NCBI GenBank assembly: GCA_963724655.1
Contig: CAVRVG010000009.1
Coordinates: 46,555 to 110,554, forward strand
DNA from: an uncultured Actinomycetes bacterium
GTDB lineage: Bacteria > Actinomycetota > Thermoleophilia > Gaiellales > Gaiellaceae
Direction: 5' to 3'
Length of the DNA: 64,000 nt
How positions within the stretch are numbered: position 1 is the first letter of the stretch; each line of letters starts with the position of its first letter. Below the pieces are notes generated by a model. It was not told the origin of the DNA. It ran no database searches and worked only from the letters and a program-made list of their open reading frames with translations. Below are positions 62,616 to 64,000 of this stretch, in pieces. Both the position numbers and the translations under genes were made by a program.

Positions 62616-62762
62616 CGACAGCGGGGCGGAGGAGTGGTGGCCCCCAGGAACGGAAGCCATCGTACGACTCGCCGGAGTCTGGCGGTCGGTCAAGGGGCAA
62701 GAATGGACACGCGCGCTCTGCTACCATCCCGCGGCCCGCACAGGTCGTGGGCTCCCTTACGT

Positions 62763-63023
62763 ATGCCAAATATCAAGCAACAGGAAAAGCGCGTCCGGAG
62801 CGCCAGCCGTCAACGGCTCGAGAACCTCCGCTACCGCTCCACGGTCAAGACGCTCGAGCGGAGCCTGAACGAAGCCGTCACCGACGGCGACGCGGACGCG
62901 ATTGCCGCCGCGCATCGCGCCTACGTGAAGCTCGTTGACCGATCGGTGGCCCGCGGTGCGCTGCACAAGAACACAGCCGCCCGCAAGAAGTCGCAGGCAG
63001 CGCGCGCAATCGCCGGCGTCTAG
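62763..63023 (+). CDS. rpsT: 30S ribosomal protein S20
   Basis: MPNIKQQEKRVR, N..YRSTVKT, D.SVARGALHKNTAARKKS. Confidence 0.96.
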   Translation: MPNIKQQEKRVRSASRQRLENLRYRSTVKTLERSLNEAVTDGDADAIAAAHRAYVKLVDRSVARGALHKNTAARKKSQAARAIAGV

Positions 63024-64000
63024 CCTCCGCCGCCGCGACCTTCCGCCAAACCCGCCGCTTGTCGGCCGTGCTCGCGCGATAGCGCTGCAAGTGCCTTCTG
63101 AGCCTCGAGCTCCGGGGCGAGCCGGCTCCCTCCCTTCAACGCGTGATCGAGCCCGGCGAGGGTCAGGGTCGCTTCGTCGAGCTCGTTCTCGGTGAAACCC
63201 TCCGCCTGACGGAAGAGCTTTTCGACGTAGAAGGGGTGCTGTTTCAAACGCGTCGCTGCTTCGCGCGGTCGCTCTCCCGACGCTGCGGCCAGCTTTATCT
63301 GGCGAAGTTTCCCGAGGTGCGAGCCGAGGGCGCCGGCCATTCGCGAGACCTCGTCGCGCCGCGGTCTCGCCGCTCGATCGAGAGTCGCTTCCATCGCCTC
63401 GAGGGCCGCCCCCCGTTCGCGCCGTCCCCACGCATCAGTGATTGCAAAGATCGGCGTGTCGGCGACGGGCGCGACGAGCTCCGCCACGTTCCGCTCCTCC
63501 ACGACGGCGTCGGCGCCGGCCCAGGCAACGAGCTTGTCGACTTCCTCAGCCAAAGCATGGAGGTTCTTCTCGCCCACGAGCTGCACGAGCAAGGCACACG
63601 CTTCGGGCTCCGCCTTCACGCCACGTGTCTTGAACCGCTCGGTTACCCACTGCGCCGCCCTGCCCTTGGTGACGTCGTAGAAGAGAAGCGTCCCGACCTT
63701 TGCAGCTGCCTTGGCGAGCGGTGAGTCCTTCTTGACGGCAGTGCCCACCAGGCACAGCACCGTGCCGGGCGCGGGCGACCTGACATACGCGAGCACCGCC
63801 TCGAGATCCGGTGCCTTCCAGGTCGCCCGAAGACGTCCGTCGTCGTCGGGCCGCCCGTCGACCTCCTCGACGATGACGAGGCGCGCGTCTCCGAACAGCG
63901 TGCCGGCGTTGCACGACTGCACGATCGTCTCCCCGTCGACGGTCGAGGCGTGGTACCGGTCGACTGACTGTTCGTCAAAGTGCTTCCGCAGTCGCTGGAG
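63020..64000 (-). CDS. holA: DNA polymerase III delta subunit; 5'-partial
   Basis: TLFGD.RLVIV, L..EVDKL, IFAITDA, HPFY, D..LKG; convergent with rpsT as usual. Confidence 0.88.
   Translation of the reverse strand, partial: LQRLRKHFDEQSVDRYHASTVDGETIVQSCNAGTLFGDARLVIVEEVDGRPDDDGRLRATWKAPDLEAVLAYVRSPAPGTVLCLVGTAVKKDSPLAKAAAKVGTLLFYDVTKGRAAQWVTERFKTRGVKAEPEACALLVQLVGEKNLHALAEEVDKLVAWAGADAVVEERNVAELVAPVADTPIFAITDAWGRRERGAALEAMEATLDRAARPRRDEVSRMAGALGSHLGKLRQIKLAAASGERPREAATRLKQHPFYVEKLFRQAEGFTENELDEATLTLAGLDHALKGGSRLAPELEAQKALAALSREHGRQAAGLAEGRGGGG

Noticed and set aside
62634-62762. N-terminally extended RpsT (129-aa ORF)
   Set aside because: S20 similarity begins at MPNIKQQ (62763); the extension spans promoter-like sequence and looks non-coding.

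Overview
High-GC chromosomal segment. The gene content and order suggest a deep-branching Actinomycetota, probably Thermoleophilia/Gaiellales-like (inference): a Firmicutes-like hemW-hrcA-dnaJ-prmA-mtaB-HIT-yqeY-phoH-ybeY-dgkA-cdd-era order, a GAAC-N4-GTTC SOS box and many apparently leaderless genes. Single-base frameshifts are frequent and hit essential genes (era, rpsA, coaE), so they are treated as long-read errors and broken ORFs are joined into whole genes. The window has three parts. (1) 1-10.7 kb is an aromatic-catabolism island: GMC oxidoreductase, CMD-family protein, HIBADH-family dehydrogenase, a split PEP-synthase-like kinase pair, BCCP, PycB-like carboxyltransferase, HAD-IIA phosphatase, MDR reductase, hydroxycinnamoyl-CoA hydratase/lyase and an HcaR-like MarR with a palindromic operator. 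It resembles the acetovanillone/hydroxyacetophenone (Acv/Hpe) pathway, but has no biotin carboxylase and a different downstream module. (2) 10.8-25.7 kb holds uvrB, peptidase/transporter genes, envelope genes and an orphan pilin. (3) 25.7-64 kb is mostly housekeeping (coaE, rpsA, polA, liv ABC transporter, tRNA-Leu, two pfk genes, deoC/ALDH, era...lepA, murJ, rpsT, holA). The most notable non-coding signal is a pair of intergenic loci (about 44.34 kb and 62.56 kb) that share an 11-bp-phased GGCAC/GTNRC array, a -10 box and a short structured downstream sequence. One lies between convergent genes, which suggests regulator-controlled small RNAs. No CRISPR array, rRNA, transposase or integrase was seen.
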